Part shown: in pieces, positions 1 through 13,372 of the stretch | Position numbering within the stretch: the first letter of the stretch is position 1 | Layout: the number at the start of each line of letters is the position of its first letter | Assembly (NCBI RefSeq): GCF_009914755.1 | Contig: NC_060930.1 | DNA length: 64,000 nucleotides | Origin: the human T2T-CHM13v2.0 reference genome, Homo sapiens | Reading direction: 5' to 3' (one strand) | Notes under the pieces: model-generated | Databases searched by the model: none | Seen by the model: only the letters and a program-made list of their open reading frames with translations | What the model was told of the DNA's origin: nothing | Made by a program: the position numbers and the translations under genes

Positions 1-26
1 CATCAAGAGTTTCTAAAGAATCACTT

Positions 27-322
27 GGCAGCTGGGGACAGTGGCTCATACTTGTAATCTGAGCACTTTGGGAGGCTGAGGCGGGCAGATTGCTTGAGCC
101 CAGGAGTTTGAGGCCAGCCTGGGCAACATGGCAAAATCTCGTCTCTACAAAAATACAAAAAATTAACCGGGTGTGGTGGCACATGCCTGTAATCCCAGCT
201 ACTCAAAAGCTGAGGCACTTGAACCCAGGAGACGGAGAATGCAGTAAGCTGAGATGGTGCCACTGCACTCCAGCCTAGGAGAAAGAGTGAGACATTGTCT
301 CAAAAAATTAAAAAAAAAAAAA
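27..322 (+). mobile_element. Alu (AluJ-like)
   Basis: Dimeric Alu with A tail; AATCACTT target-site duplication (TSD) on both sides. Confidence 0.93.
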
Positions 323-1011
323 TCACTTCAGGAGCGTCTCAGGGCCGAGGAGTTACTCAAGTTCAACTCAGAGGTCTCCGTTCCTGAATCTTTCTTTCTG
401 ATAAGTTGTTACAGAAAGTTGAAACAAGGTCAATAGGAAGAACTTCCCAAAATGAAGGACCAGAGGCACTGAGCAAACAGCAGTGGGGCTGCTTGGTCTC
501 ATGTGGGTGTGGGCCTGCTGAGAGGCAGAAAGATGAGTTAGATCACCTCCGGACCAGAGCCTCTCACACAGCCCATCCGTCTCTGTTCCCAGAAATCAGG
601 AGGCTGCTTTTTCTGGAACCACAGAGCTCTTCTGCCGTCGGGGCTGAAAGGAGACACCTGCTAGCAGAGAGAGGTACCAACCGGTAGACATCAACAATCC
701 CAGGGACATGTGAACCAACAGTGTCGGGGGGCGCTGGCAGACGGGAAGCTGGTGGGACTGTCACTTGAATGTCTGGGTGACCCAAGCAAGTCATCCCCCT
801 CCTCTAGGTCGCTGTCTTTCCTCAGGTCTCTTCTGGGCATCTTCAGAGCAGCCAGGACCCCCACCCCCACCCCACCTGAGCTAGGCTGGCAGAGTGGGGC
901 GAGGTGAGGATAGGCTGGCAGAGTGGGGTGAGTGAGGAGGAGAGCAGTCATTCACATTCATCTAAATCCCCTTTCATTCAAGAAACACCAACTGCCCCTA
1001 AAACGGGTATT

Positions 1012-1915
<904 letters not shown>

Positions 1916-2029
1916 AGGCCTGGGGGGTCCTTATGCTGCTCCCTTGGGCCAACCCATCTGCCACAGCACAGGCTGGGGAACAAAAATCTGCCAGGGAATG
2001 CCTTCAGAAACCTCACATTTGGGGAAGTA

Positions 2030-2285
2030 GACAGGCACTGGACTTTGCATTGGGCAGTCTTGAGTTCGAACCCTGACTCCACCACCGCCTAACTGTAGGG
2101 CCCTGGGCAAGTCACTCAATGTGAACCTCAGCTCCTCCATCTGGAAAATGAGGGCATTAGAAAAGGCTGTGTGTTCACCAGCTCAGCTGTGAGCTCCTTG
2201 GGGACAGATGTCATTTCACCTCTGCAGCCAAGACCCACCACCCTTCCAGACACGTAGTGGGTACTCATTAAATATTTGCTGGTTT
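2030..2285 (+). mobile_element. MIR plus L2 3'-end fragments
   Basis: MIR core 'ccctgggcaagtcactc...ctcctccatctggaaaatgaggg'; L2 end 'acgtagtgggtactcattaaatatttg'. Confidence 0.6.
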
Positions 2286-2286
2286 T

Positions 2287-2590
<304 letters not shown>

Positions 2591-2612
2591 AATTTTGCTG
2601 GTTTTACATTGA

Positions 2613-2957
<345 letters not shown>

Positions 2958-3204
2958 TAGAAGCCAGAAAAGGGGCCAGTCTCCTGGGCTCTTGCCTGGA
3001 CCCTCCAGTTAGCACCATTGAAGTAGAAAGCCTCCTTGCTCACAGTTTAGAAAATAATCAGTGGATTTTGTTTTTTTCCCAAGACTCCAGGGTTCAGATG
3101 AACTTTGTTGAAACTAAGCTTGGGCAGTAACCTGGAAAACCAGGAAATGCCCTCAGAAAGTCCAAGGGAAGAAGACATCTGTTTTGGTCTGGCTTTTTCA
3201 GACA

Positions 3205-3376
3205 CACTGTCTACACCAGCTGTGCCCAAGAATCATCTAAACAGCTCTTACAACCACAGATGCCTTGATGCCACCTGCAGGGTTTCTGATTCAGGAGGCC
3301 CGGGGTGGGGCTGGGCATCTGTTGTTGAAAAAGCTCTCCAGGTGGTTCTGACATGCGCCAGGGCTGAGAACCACTT
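3205..3376. mobile_element. MER5-like hAT-Charlie MITE
   Basis: 'tttctgattcaggagg...ccaggtggttctgacatgc...tgagaaccact'. Confidence 0.65.
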
Positions 3377-3789
3377 TTCTACACAGCTTCCAATCCTCCA
3401 GATAATTAATGTATCTCGGCTGAGTTTCTGGGCCTGGAAAGGAACCAAGAAGAGCCTGGGGTGGAATCTTCAAAGCCAGCCAAGCAGTGCCCTCGAGTCT
3501 GCTCAAGCCACCACCCAGCCACCAAGGTCACCCACCCCTGCAGCTCCAGCCTTTCACAGGCAAAAGGCTGGGCTTGGGGAAGGGGAGCTGCTATTCCAGC
3601 CTCCCTGGCCTGCCACATTTCTCAAAAGCACAGCCTATACCTCCTGTTGCCACATGCCACCCACACCCGGAGCTCCCTGCCATCTGCCTGCCACCCTCTC
3701 TGCTCTCGTGAAACGGAGTCCCCATAGTTCACCTTCGAGTTTACAAAGTGCTATCACTCCTGGGCTTCTCTGTAATCCCAAAAGGTAAG

Positions 3790-5200
3790 CGTGCCTAAAC
3801 CAGGCTTCACATGGGGAAACTGAGGCTCAGAGAGGCGAGGCCATTGGGCAAGGACCCTCAGAGGCAACAGGCTGCCCACCTGGCCCTCCAACCCGAGTCC
3901 AGACTTCTTACTTGAAGCCCTCATTTTGCACAGCGCAATCCCTGGTCTAGCAGCATCGGCACCACCAGATTCACGCAGAATCTCAGCCCAGCCCCAGCCC
4001 CGCTGAATCAAGAATCCGCATTTCCACAAGATCCCAGGGGAGACTTGTGCACGGGAAAGTTTGAGGAGCCCCACTCTGTGCTGCAGCTGCCCCGAGCTCC
4101 CCAGTCCCCCGGTGGCCCTTTCTCATTCCTCCTCCTCCTCTCACAGACTCTGTCACAGACCCTCGGGTCATGTCCCCTCTCAGGCCTCCTCCCGCCCCCT
4201 AAACATTGGTGCTCCCCAGGGCTCTGGCCTCAGCCCAATCCCTTCTCTCTACTTTCTAATCCCTGGCAATTTTATTCCACCTCATGGTTTCAACCCACAT
4301 CCTTCTGCAGACATAAATCCAGATGTGCAAATCTACCTCTCCTGAGTTGATCTCTCTCCTGAGCTCAGTGCTCATTGTCCACCCGATTTGTCGATATCCC
4401 CCCCAGACATGCCAGTGCCAGAATCCCATGAAGTTCAAAACTTCACTCACATTGTCACTAAAACTATTTACTGAGGCCTTGCTACGTGCCAGGCACTGTG
4501 CTCAGAGCTTCCTAAGCACCGTCTCATCACAAGCCCACGCAGTGAGTACGATGATCTCCATCTGACAAGCGGAGAAGCCACGGCTTAGAAAGCAGATGTA
4601 ACTTCCTGGGCTTTTACAGCTGGTGTGGGGCAGAGCTGGGATTCAGACCCAGGTTTCTTATGCAGAGGTCGAGGCTCTTAACTACTTCACTTCCCCAAAC
4701 CTGTCTGACTTCCAGTGGCTTTTGTTCAACCTGTTATCACTGTGTGCCAAGTCTCCCAGCTCCAAACCTCAGAGCCGTTTGCAGCTCCTATTCCTTGCCT
4801 GAACTCTTTCCGATACACTTTTAGTGCTTAATGATGGTACAATCTTGTGTCTTGCCTTTTGCAACAGCCTCTAACTGGTTTCCTTCCTCCACCCTCAAAC
4901 CCCTACCATCTATTCTCTACATGACAGCCAGAGAGGTTCTATTAAAAAGGTGTCAGTTCATGTCCCTTCTCTGCTCAAAACCCTGCCATGGTCCCCTATC
5001 TCATGCAGAACAAAATCCAGAATCCTTTCATAGCCTTCAAGGCTCCAAATGATTGGACCTACTAACTCTCTGGCCCCACCTTCTACTGCACTCCCCCTGG
5101 CTCATTCTGCTCCAGCCACATTGGACTCCTCACTGTTGCTCCAACAGGCCAGGGCCTTTGCAGCGGCTATTCCTCTGCCTGGAACACACCTCCTGCAGAT
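3790..5200. mobile_element. Mosaic of MIR, MER5A-like and L2 fragments
   Basis: MIR 'ggggaaactgaggctcagagagg'; MER5A 'ctgaatcaagaatccgcattt...aagtttgag'; L2 'ccagccacattggactcc...gggcctttgca'. Confidence 0.55.
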
Positions 5201-5508
5201 GCCCACAAAGCTCCCTAGGACTCCCCTGGACAACTGCAAAGCCTCCTGACAGTCTCTCCAGCACGGCCTCCTCCCACACACAGCGGCATGGCTACCTGGC
5301 CCATAATATGGCTTGCATCAACCCAGCTCCCTGTTTGACATCCTCCTTACAGCTTTGCAATGAGCAGTTCTGGGTTCAAGTCCAGGTCTGCCACTTGGAC
5401 AAGGGACTGATAAATGACTTTCTCAAGGAGTTGTGATGAGACTGAAGATAATGCATACTTATGATCACAGGCTGGACAGTCAATGTTAGCAATGTTTAAT
5501 ATTATTCC

Positions 5509-5842
<334 letters not shown>

Positions 5843-8800
5843 TCAGCTTATGCTCCAGCCCAACTGAACAGCTCACGAACTCCTCACACACTCGGGTTCC
5901 TTAGCTTCCAGGCCTTTGCCACAATGTGCCCTCCACCTGGAATGCCCCTCTCAATCCTTACTTCTATTTGTCAAGGCCAGTTCAAATGCTCTCTTTTCCA
6001 CAAGGCCTTGGAAGCAATTACTTCAACCTTCAAATTCTCACAACCTTTTATCCGCCCTTGCTACATGACATTTATCAAAATCTCCCCCTACCTTACATGT
6101 GATTCCCCTTCTCCTTCCATCTTATTCATCTCAGTAGCCCTGCCAATGTCCAGAACTGAGTCTTACTCAAGGTAGAGGCTCAGTGAACATTTAATGAATG
6201 ATGAGTGAAAGGAACACCACACTGCTTTCCTTCCCTGCAAATCAGAAGATCCGGTGGGACTGAGTCTTAGGGCTACTTCTTACCAGCTGTGCAATGTTGA
6301 TCAGGTCACTAAAACTCTTGGAACCTCAGTTTTCTCATCTGTTCAATGGAGACAATAGTACCCCTTGTGCTGACCTCTCAGAACGTCATGGAAGCAAAGG
6401 CTGCAGAGGCATGAAAATGCCTGGTAAGTCATGTGGCACTTACACACTTATAAGGGATTGTTGTTCTGACCAACAATCCTCCCTAAAAGGTTCATTCCCC
6501 CTCACACAAAAGGATCCCTGAAAAAACCATGACCAAACGAATGGTGGGTTATCAAGTGAGGTTTACTTTCTTTCTTTATACTTTTATGTATTCCTTGATT
6601 GTTTTGCAAAGAGCACATGTTACTCATAGTAGTTACTCATAGTGTTATTCATAGACTTGAGGAAAAATGAGATTTCATTGTTGAAAAACAAAAATATTCA
6701 TTCCTTTGAGCTAAGCCTTGCTCTTGCCTCCTGTATCAGCATTTAAATACCAGAGAAGCCCCTTGGTACATAGTACCTTCTAGCAGCAGATGTATGCTTG
6801 CAAAGCAGGGTCTTCTGACCACGGGGAGAAGATGCAGAAGAGGGGCCATGCGCCAGGTTTATACAGAGGCGTTTCTGCAAGGGCACAAGCACCCCCATTC
6901 CCCTTGCCACAGCCTTACCAGAGCAAGAGCCCACTAGGCTAAGCTGAGCCCCAGCATCCAGCTGGCGCCTAGGGAAAACCTGATTCATCTGAGATTACAG
7001 CAAGTGCGGCTTTGGCTACGGGCAGGTGCCTAGGGACACCGGGGTGGGTACGTGGGAGCTGGAGGGAGGCTTGGAGTTCCAGAAGGCCCTAAGGAACCCT
7101 TTTCAGCCCCAGGTTGAGGAATGAGCATAACTCATCCCTCAGATAGGGTGAGGCCCACAGGAGCCCAGGAAAGGCAAGATGCAATGTGGCGGCCAAGCCC
7201 TCCCCCTGCTGGCCACATCTGGAACGGCAGCAGCTGCCGCACAGGGCAGGGCCCGTAGGCAGTTACACACACACCCGATACCTGGGACCGTGTCAGGCTC
7301 AGATGTCCGGAGGTGGGAGGTGAGGCAGGGCTCTTCCAGGACTGAGAGGCCCAAGACTTCATCTCCTAGGTCCTCTGTCTTCACCGGGTGGGTCATCTCC
7401 TAGCCCACCTTTCATGAGCCCAGCCATGAGATGAAAGTGGGGAGGGGGGCAGGGGGGAGTGGCAGGGACGTGGGGGCAGTGGTGTTTGGGGTGGGGGTGT
7501 CTTCCACATTCCTGCCTCTGTCTCACTCCTCCCAGGCCCTCCCCCATGCCTCCTGGGCAGCTGGGAGAAGCTGGGGCTGCTACCACTGCCCGGATTTCCA
7601 CTCCCGCCCCCAGGTATTGATTTCCTGCATCATTCATTTGCCGGGCCTTGGCGGCTGTGATTAGCTCCCTCCATTCTCCCTACAGATTCCACCCCCCTTC
7701 CCCCCCAGCCTGTCCCTCCATGTTCCAGCAAAGCAGAGCTAATATACCAGGCTCTAAATGAGGCTTTGCCACCTTGGTCCCAGCAGCTCACAGCCAGGCC
7801 TAGCCAAGTAGCTCTCAGCTCTCCCCTGCCCACCCCCTCAAGGATGCTTTCCTGCTAACAAAATCCTCTCTAACCGACCTCCTCCCCTGACCTAGAGCCC
7901 CCGCCCACCCATGAAGCAGATTCCCATCCTGTAATGTCGGATGGGACATCATGAGGATCTTGACCCTAAGGCGGGGGCTCTCCAGCCTGACACCAAGGGT
8001 CTGGGGACCCCTCACACTGGCTAAAGGGCCAAAATCAACTTGGGATGGGGAGGTAACACCAGCAAAGCAAACAAAGCAGCTTGGATTTGTGGACACAAAG
8101 TGCTCCCCCTCGCTTGTGCAATTTCTGTAAGTGAAAAGAAAGAAGGAACAGAAGCACGGAGCTTCTCGAGGACAAAAGAGAACCCCAAGCCTCTGTTAGC
8201 CCCAGGAAACCAAAGTTTCAAGGCATGGGGTAGGAACTCCAGTGAAAAACCTCAAGTGCCCACACCCAGATCAACACCCGGGAGATGACACTGGGACACT
8301 CACTTCCTGAAATTCCTTCTCCGTGCTCCCCAGAGGAGGGAAAAAAACCTGACTTAGTGATAATTCTGTAAGCTGTGTTGCTCTTGTCAAATTATTCAAC
8401 ATCTGTCTTCATGTTCCTACAAAAATTAACATAGGATAGTAGTTTCTGATGACACCTTTGGTGAAATATTTTGACTTCCACCAGTAAGTTGCAAACAACC
8501 TGTCTTAAGGATAATGTCAATTCCCACTTCTGCATATTAAATAATTCAGGGGTTTGTTGTGTTTTTGTAAGGGAGAGGAATCCCACTGACCTGCGGTCCG
8601 ACTGCTATGAGAGGAGCAGAAGCCGGGACAGAAGGCGGGGTGTTCCCTGACGCTATCCGCATGCAAGATATTCCTCTTCCATCACTTGGCTACTGCCTTT
8701 GCCCCAGAACTAGGCCACTGGGGCCAGCCCAGCCCCCTGGCTTGCCAGAAAGCAGATTACAGGATCCACCCCAGAGGACAACAAACTGGGCCAGGAGATT

Positions 8801-11759
8801 GGGAGGCGAGGAGGGAGGGAGAACTGGCTCCAAATGGACCATCTGGTCCAGCACTTGGCCGTTGTAGCATCTGTGCCCCAAAGAACAAAGCCACCTGGCC
8901 AAACTGAGAGTGCTGCCTCCCCAGCCCTATTGCAGACCATGGATCCTAGGGCAGGTGGTGGACCTCAGTGGGAAGCAGGACATAGGGTTCTAGGCACCTA
9001 CCTCCTACCAGCCTCAGCAGAGACACACAGCCTAGGCCGAATGCCGTCAGGTTCGCTCTCCACCGCCTGCTCGTCTTCCTCCCCTCTGTTCAGCCCCTCC
9101 CTTATCCACACAGGTCTGGGGGCAGAGGGGCAGGGGCAGGGGATTCCTCCCCAGGATATACATTTTTCTCCTATGTCTTGAATTAGACCTGCTGCCTCCC
9201 TCCCCAGTGCCAGGGCAATACTAGGCTTCCAGCCTCTTCTCTCTTCTAGGGCTGCAGGATAGGACTCTGTGACTCGCCCTAAGCAGAGACCCTTAAACAA
9301 TGCCCCCACTGCCCTGCTGGAAACCAAGTCCTAGAGAGACTTCTCATGGAGAAAGAATTTCCAACCTGCCCCCAACTATAGCCCTTTCTTCATTCAACAA
9401 ATACCTGCCTAGCTCCTGCTGTTGTGCCGGGGACCATGCTGGATGCTGGATGCAATGCCAGGCTGGAGTGGCCATCCCTGGTCCCTATGTGCCGCCTTCA
9501 CTCTCATGCTGTTTCTTCTGCTTCGCGGGTACAGAAAGACTGCTGGGGAGGGGGGCAGAAGAACTAGTCCCAGATCTTCGACCTACTTCTTAAGCCAGTC
9601 CTGGTCCTACAGAGATCCTCCCTTCTGCTGTATCTGGCCAAAGATTCTAGCATCACAAGGAACTCAGCGACCTCCTGTCATCCTCCTCCTCCTCCTCCTA
9701 AATCTTCTGCCTTCATCCACCTCAATAAAGACTTTTTACCCAGCAATTTCCCTGAAGCCCCAACACTGCCTGAAGCCAAGCTCTCAAAGGAAAAGTGGCA
9801 TGTCACCCAAGGGCCCAGGGTCGGCCCCAGCACACCCAGCCCACTTTGATTGGCTCTGAGTGAGAGCAAATGGGACCTAGGCACAGGCGGGAGGGGAGAA
9901 AACACAGAGAGAAAAGGGTATAGATAAGCCTATGGCTGAATCCTGGCCCTAGAGTACTCTGAAATGAGGGTCCACAGAGACCACTGCCCCTGACTCCAAA
10001 CCCCACTCTCATTGCTGGGTTTACTAGACTAGGAACAGAGGAACCTCCCAAAGATGAGCCCCAAGCAGCCTAGAGAAGGCTGGAGAAGCTGGAGGGGATG
10101 GAGGACAGGGATGACCAGGAGTGGGTCTTGCCAAATGCACCCAATGACACAGGGAAGGAGGGTAGAGTGGAGGACAGCAGCATGCAGGAAGGGCTCTCCA
10201 TCACCCTCCCCAGCCCCGGGGCTGTGGTGAGAAGGCAAAGACCTCAGCAGCACCTCTCTTAGGCACCTTGACCTGGGGAGAAAGAAGAAAGTGAAACCCC
10301 AGTCCACTGGCATCTTCATCTGCCCTGGAGAGGCCAAGGCCTCCAGTACCTGCCCCGTGGCCTCCTCGCCCCAAACCCAGCCTCTCCCAGTCCCTGCTGC
10401 ATTCTTTCCTGCCTTTCCTGGCCTCTGTGAGGGGCCAGGCAGTAAGAGACACACAAACTAATTAAGAAGCAGAGTTTGGCCAGATGCCTGGGCTAGTCTT
10501 ACCAGAGAATTAAGGCCAAGCCAGCTAGCTGGGCAGGGCCAGGAGCATGTCACCTCTCAGACACCCTTCAGGACACCCCTTCTTCTTGCCAGGCACAGGC
10601 AGATGGGTCAGCACCCTCCAGGGTGCTTTAGCCTCAGCACCTGAGGCTGGCAACCAGTAGTCAGTGCCTATACTACCCCACAAAGAACAGGTCAACCTCC
10701 CCTGGATCTAAAAGAGGAATCATTAGTCCCTCCACCCAACAGAAAAGGAAAGAGAGAATCCTGCCCGCCCCAGCCACACATCACTAAAAAGGGACCTGGA
10801 CAAACCATCCTGCAGTAAAGAGAAAGCAAAGTAAGGGCCACTGGGCCCCTGAGAATGATTTTTTGTGCTGTGGGGTTAAGGCACTGCGGGAGGCTGAGCC
10901 CAGGTGACTGAATGGATGATGCCTGCCCCGGGCCTTCCCTGGGAAAACCCACAGGATGGAAGGGGGAAGGGGTAACCAGAGTCTCCCTTGGTAACCACAG
11001 CGAGGCGTGCGGACGCAGGAGCAAGGCTGCGTGGCAGGAGGCAGAGTTTGGACACGTATCCCGGTGGGTGCGTGCCGTGTTTGCGTTTTCTGGGGATGGT
11101 GGCTGAATGTATCTGTGTGTGCGCGCAGGAAGGAAGGTGGGGTTGGGGTTTGTAGCCAAGAACCGGGGACAGGAAGAACTGGTTCAGGGAAGGTCCGAAA
11201 AGGGATGCCGGGGTCGAAGGCGCCAGGGCCAGGGGATGCCGGCATCCTGATCAGGGTGTCAAGCCCTGAGTAGAAGAAGCGAAGCCGCAGCAACAGCGGG
11301 GAAGGCGAGCCCGCCGCCCGGCCTTGGTGCTGACAGCCGGCTCGCCCGCAAGCCGCGCGGCAACTCCGGCTCATGCATCGCTTGGCTTCCACTCCGGAGG
11401 CCGAGCCAGGACGAGGTTTCGGTGCAAGTCGCTGCACCAGTCCTAGACTGGGTCTGTCCGGGTCTCCCGAGCCGACCGGGTGCTCTCAAGGGTTCCTAAT
11501 CATTCCCACCTCTAGCAGGGTGTGGGAAAGTGGGTGCCTCCTCCTGACATCCCGGCTTCCCACCAGACCCTACGACCGGCCCCTGTGTTCCGAAGCAGCT
11601 AGCTCGGTCTCCACGCGCCCTGGAGAGGGCGGGGACGCGGGCATCCACTCCAGAGTCCGAGTCGAGGTCTCCACCAAACCCCGGCAGCGCGCACTTTGCG
11701 CCTCTTGCAAAGTTTCCGCGCGAGGTTAAGCCAAGGTGGAGCGGGACGCGGGCTCTTAC

Positions 11760-11826
11760 CGTAGACTCCTTGTCCCCGGCAGTGGAAGGGGATCAGCGCC
11801 AGAAGTAGAAGGCAGGTCACCTCCAT
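11760..11826 (-). CDS. MDGA1: MDGA1 (MAM domain-containing GPI anchor protein 1) first coding exon, signal peptide
   Basis: Minus strand reads ATG GAG GTG ACC TGC CTT CTA CTT CTG GCG CTG ATC CCC TTC CAC TGC CGG GGA CAA GGA GTC TAC G|gtaagag = MEVTCLLLLALIPFHCRGQGVY, which I recognise as the MDGA1 N-terminus. Strong Kozak (AAGATGG), 67 nt, canonical phase-1 donor at 11759-11758. Confidence 0.95.
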
Positions 11827-13010
11827 CTTCACGGCCGGTGCTTCATCCCCGCGAGGCGGCGCAGCCCGAGAGGCGGCGGGGGGCGCATTCGCCGGGGCCC
11901 CGCGACGCCCCTATGTCCCCCCCTTTCCCTGAGAGGTGAGAGAGAGAGCGGCGACGAAGACCAGGAGACTGAAGAGGCGGAGGTGGCGGCGACCCGTGTT
12001 TCTCCTCCGGCGGGGCCGCTGCCCGCGTGGGGACGCAGGGGGCGCTGGCCCAGCCCCGGGTGCCTCGGCGCGCCCGGCACAGCAGCCAGCGCCCCGACCC
12101 GAGGAGCCCGGCCGCCGAGCCGCCCCGGGTACCCAGGGCCGTCCGCGCGGGATGCTAGGCGCCGGGGACCTCTCGGCGGCGGAGGCGGCGCTTCGATCCA
12201 ACAGGCCACGGACGACTGACAAACTTGTCGTTTCCCCGCACTGGGGCCGCCCCTCAGCGGAGCGGAGTCGGGGAGGCCGGGGCTCCGCTCGAGTTAATCA
12301 ATCTGCTGTTTCCAGTCCTGCGGCCGCTGCCGTGGGCTCAGCGGCCCGACTCCAGGGGGCCGGGCTGAAAGCACTCGCGGCGGCGAAGCAGCCCCGGGCC
12401 CGGCCCTCCTGATCCGGGGAGCAGCGCGGGCTGGGTTCGGCCGAGGGACGAGCGCCGCGGGTCCCCGGGTCCGTGAAGTTAGCCGAGCCGCCGATAAACC
12501 CGGGGGAAGAATAGCAGCCCGGCGCCCCGCGGGAATCTGGAGAGCAATTCCAGGCAAGAAGGGCCCCAGAAAACGGGGAAAGGAGGAAAGTTTGAGTCTT
12601 TTGAAAAATATTCGCGCTCTCGCCCAGGCCGGGGCTGCGGCGCGGGCGCCGCTCGCCGCCTCCGCTCGCCGCGCTCCTCTCCCGCCGTCTGGCCGCGGCC
12701 GTAGCCCTCCCGGGCTCCGAGCTCTCGGGAGAGCGGGGCTACGCCGCGCCCCAAGTTGGTCGTCCCCGCCCCCGCCCGGCGGCCTTGGCCTGCGGGGGCC
12801 CAGAGCGGGCGGGGCCGGGCCGGGCTCCGGGGCGCGGCGGCCGCTCGGCTCCGGGCCGCGGGAGCGCTCCGCTCGCTCAGCAACTTGGGCTTTGCTGTGC
12901 TGCTTTTTCGCCCCTCCGAGCTTTTCATTCCGCGCTCCTCCCGCCTCCCTCCCTCTCTTCCTCCTCCCTCCTCCTCGCGTCTCCTCGTTCGGTCTCTCGC
13001 TCTCCCACCC
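11827..13010 (-). other. MDGA1: Probable long GC-rich 5' UTR part of MDGA1 exon 1 (5' boundary uncertain)
   Basis: Contiguous GC-rich sequence upstream of the ATG, ending just downstream (minus sense) of the CCAAT cluster at 13059-13127. The TSS is inferred, not visible. Confidence 0.55.
11829..11888 (-). other. uORF MRPPPPLGLRRLAGMKHRP* in the MDGA1 5' UTR
   Basis: In-frame ATGs at 11888 and 11846; TGA at 11831-11829, then AG, then the main ATG at 11826. Confidence 0.75.
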
Positions 13011-13058
13011 GTTGTCGCTCGCTCTCCTGTTTGATTCCCCTCCAGTTAAAAAAAGGAG

Positions 13059-13127
13059 CCAATTAAAGGCAGCCCAGCTCGCCTGGCCCAGCCTCTGTCC
13101 AATTTCCTCGCCTCCCCCAGGACCAAT
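13059..13127. promoter_or_regulatory. Cluster of three CCAAT(T) boxes in the proximal promoter
   Basis: CCAAT at 13059-13063, 13099-13103 and 13123-13127, between the 5' UTR and the CT tract. Confidence 0.5.
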
Positions 13128-13167
13128 TAGAGAAAACAAAACAGGGCTGGGGGAAGCTGACTGCCTG

Positions 13168-13182
13168 CCTTTCTCTTTCTCT

Positions 13183-13263
<81 letters not shown>

Positions 13264-13372
13264 CTCTCTCTCTCTTCTCTCTCTCCTCTCTCTCTCCCTC
13301 TCGCTCTCTCTCCCTTCCTCTCCTCTCCTCTCTTTCCCTTTCTCCTCTCCCTCTCTCTCTCTTCCTCTCTCC
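13168..13372. repeat. Polypyrimidine/polypurine tract with a perfect (CT)30 microsatellite
   Basis: (TTTCTC)n, then uninterrupted CT repeats at 13191-13250, then degenerate CT-rich sequence. Confidence 0.97.

Noticed and set aside
3105-3788. 227-aa plus-strand ORF
   Set aside because: It has a TTG start, crosses a MER5 element, is antisense within an intron and has no domain similarity.
6618-6653. Short tandem repeat (gttactcata) x3
   Set aside because: A tiny slippage duplication within an L1-like fragment; it has no spacers and is not CRISPR-like.
10692-11437. Overlapping 155-217 aa ORFs in the intronic part of the CpG island
   Set aside because: GC-rich stop-poor sequence with no supporting splice structure or homology.
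11599-11759. Extension of the MDGA1 ORF (GKSPRPAPP...) past the exon
   Set aside because: This is read-through into intron 1 beyond the GTAAGAG donor. The track's extra N-terminal 'MK' comes from an upstream GTG.
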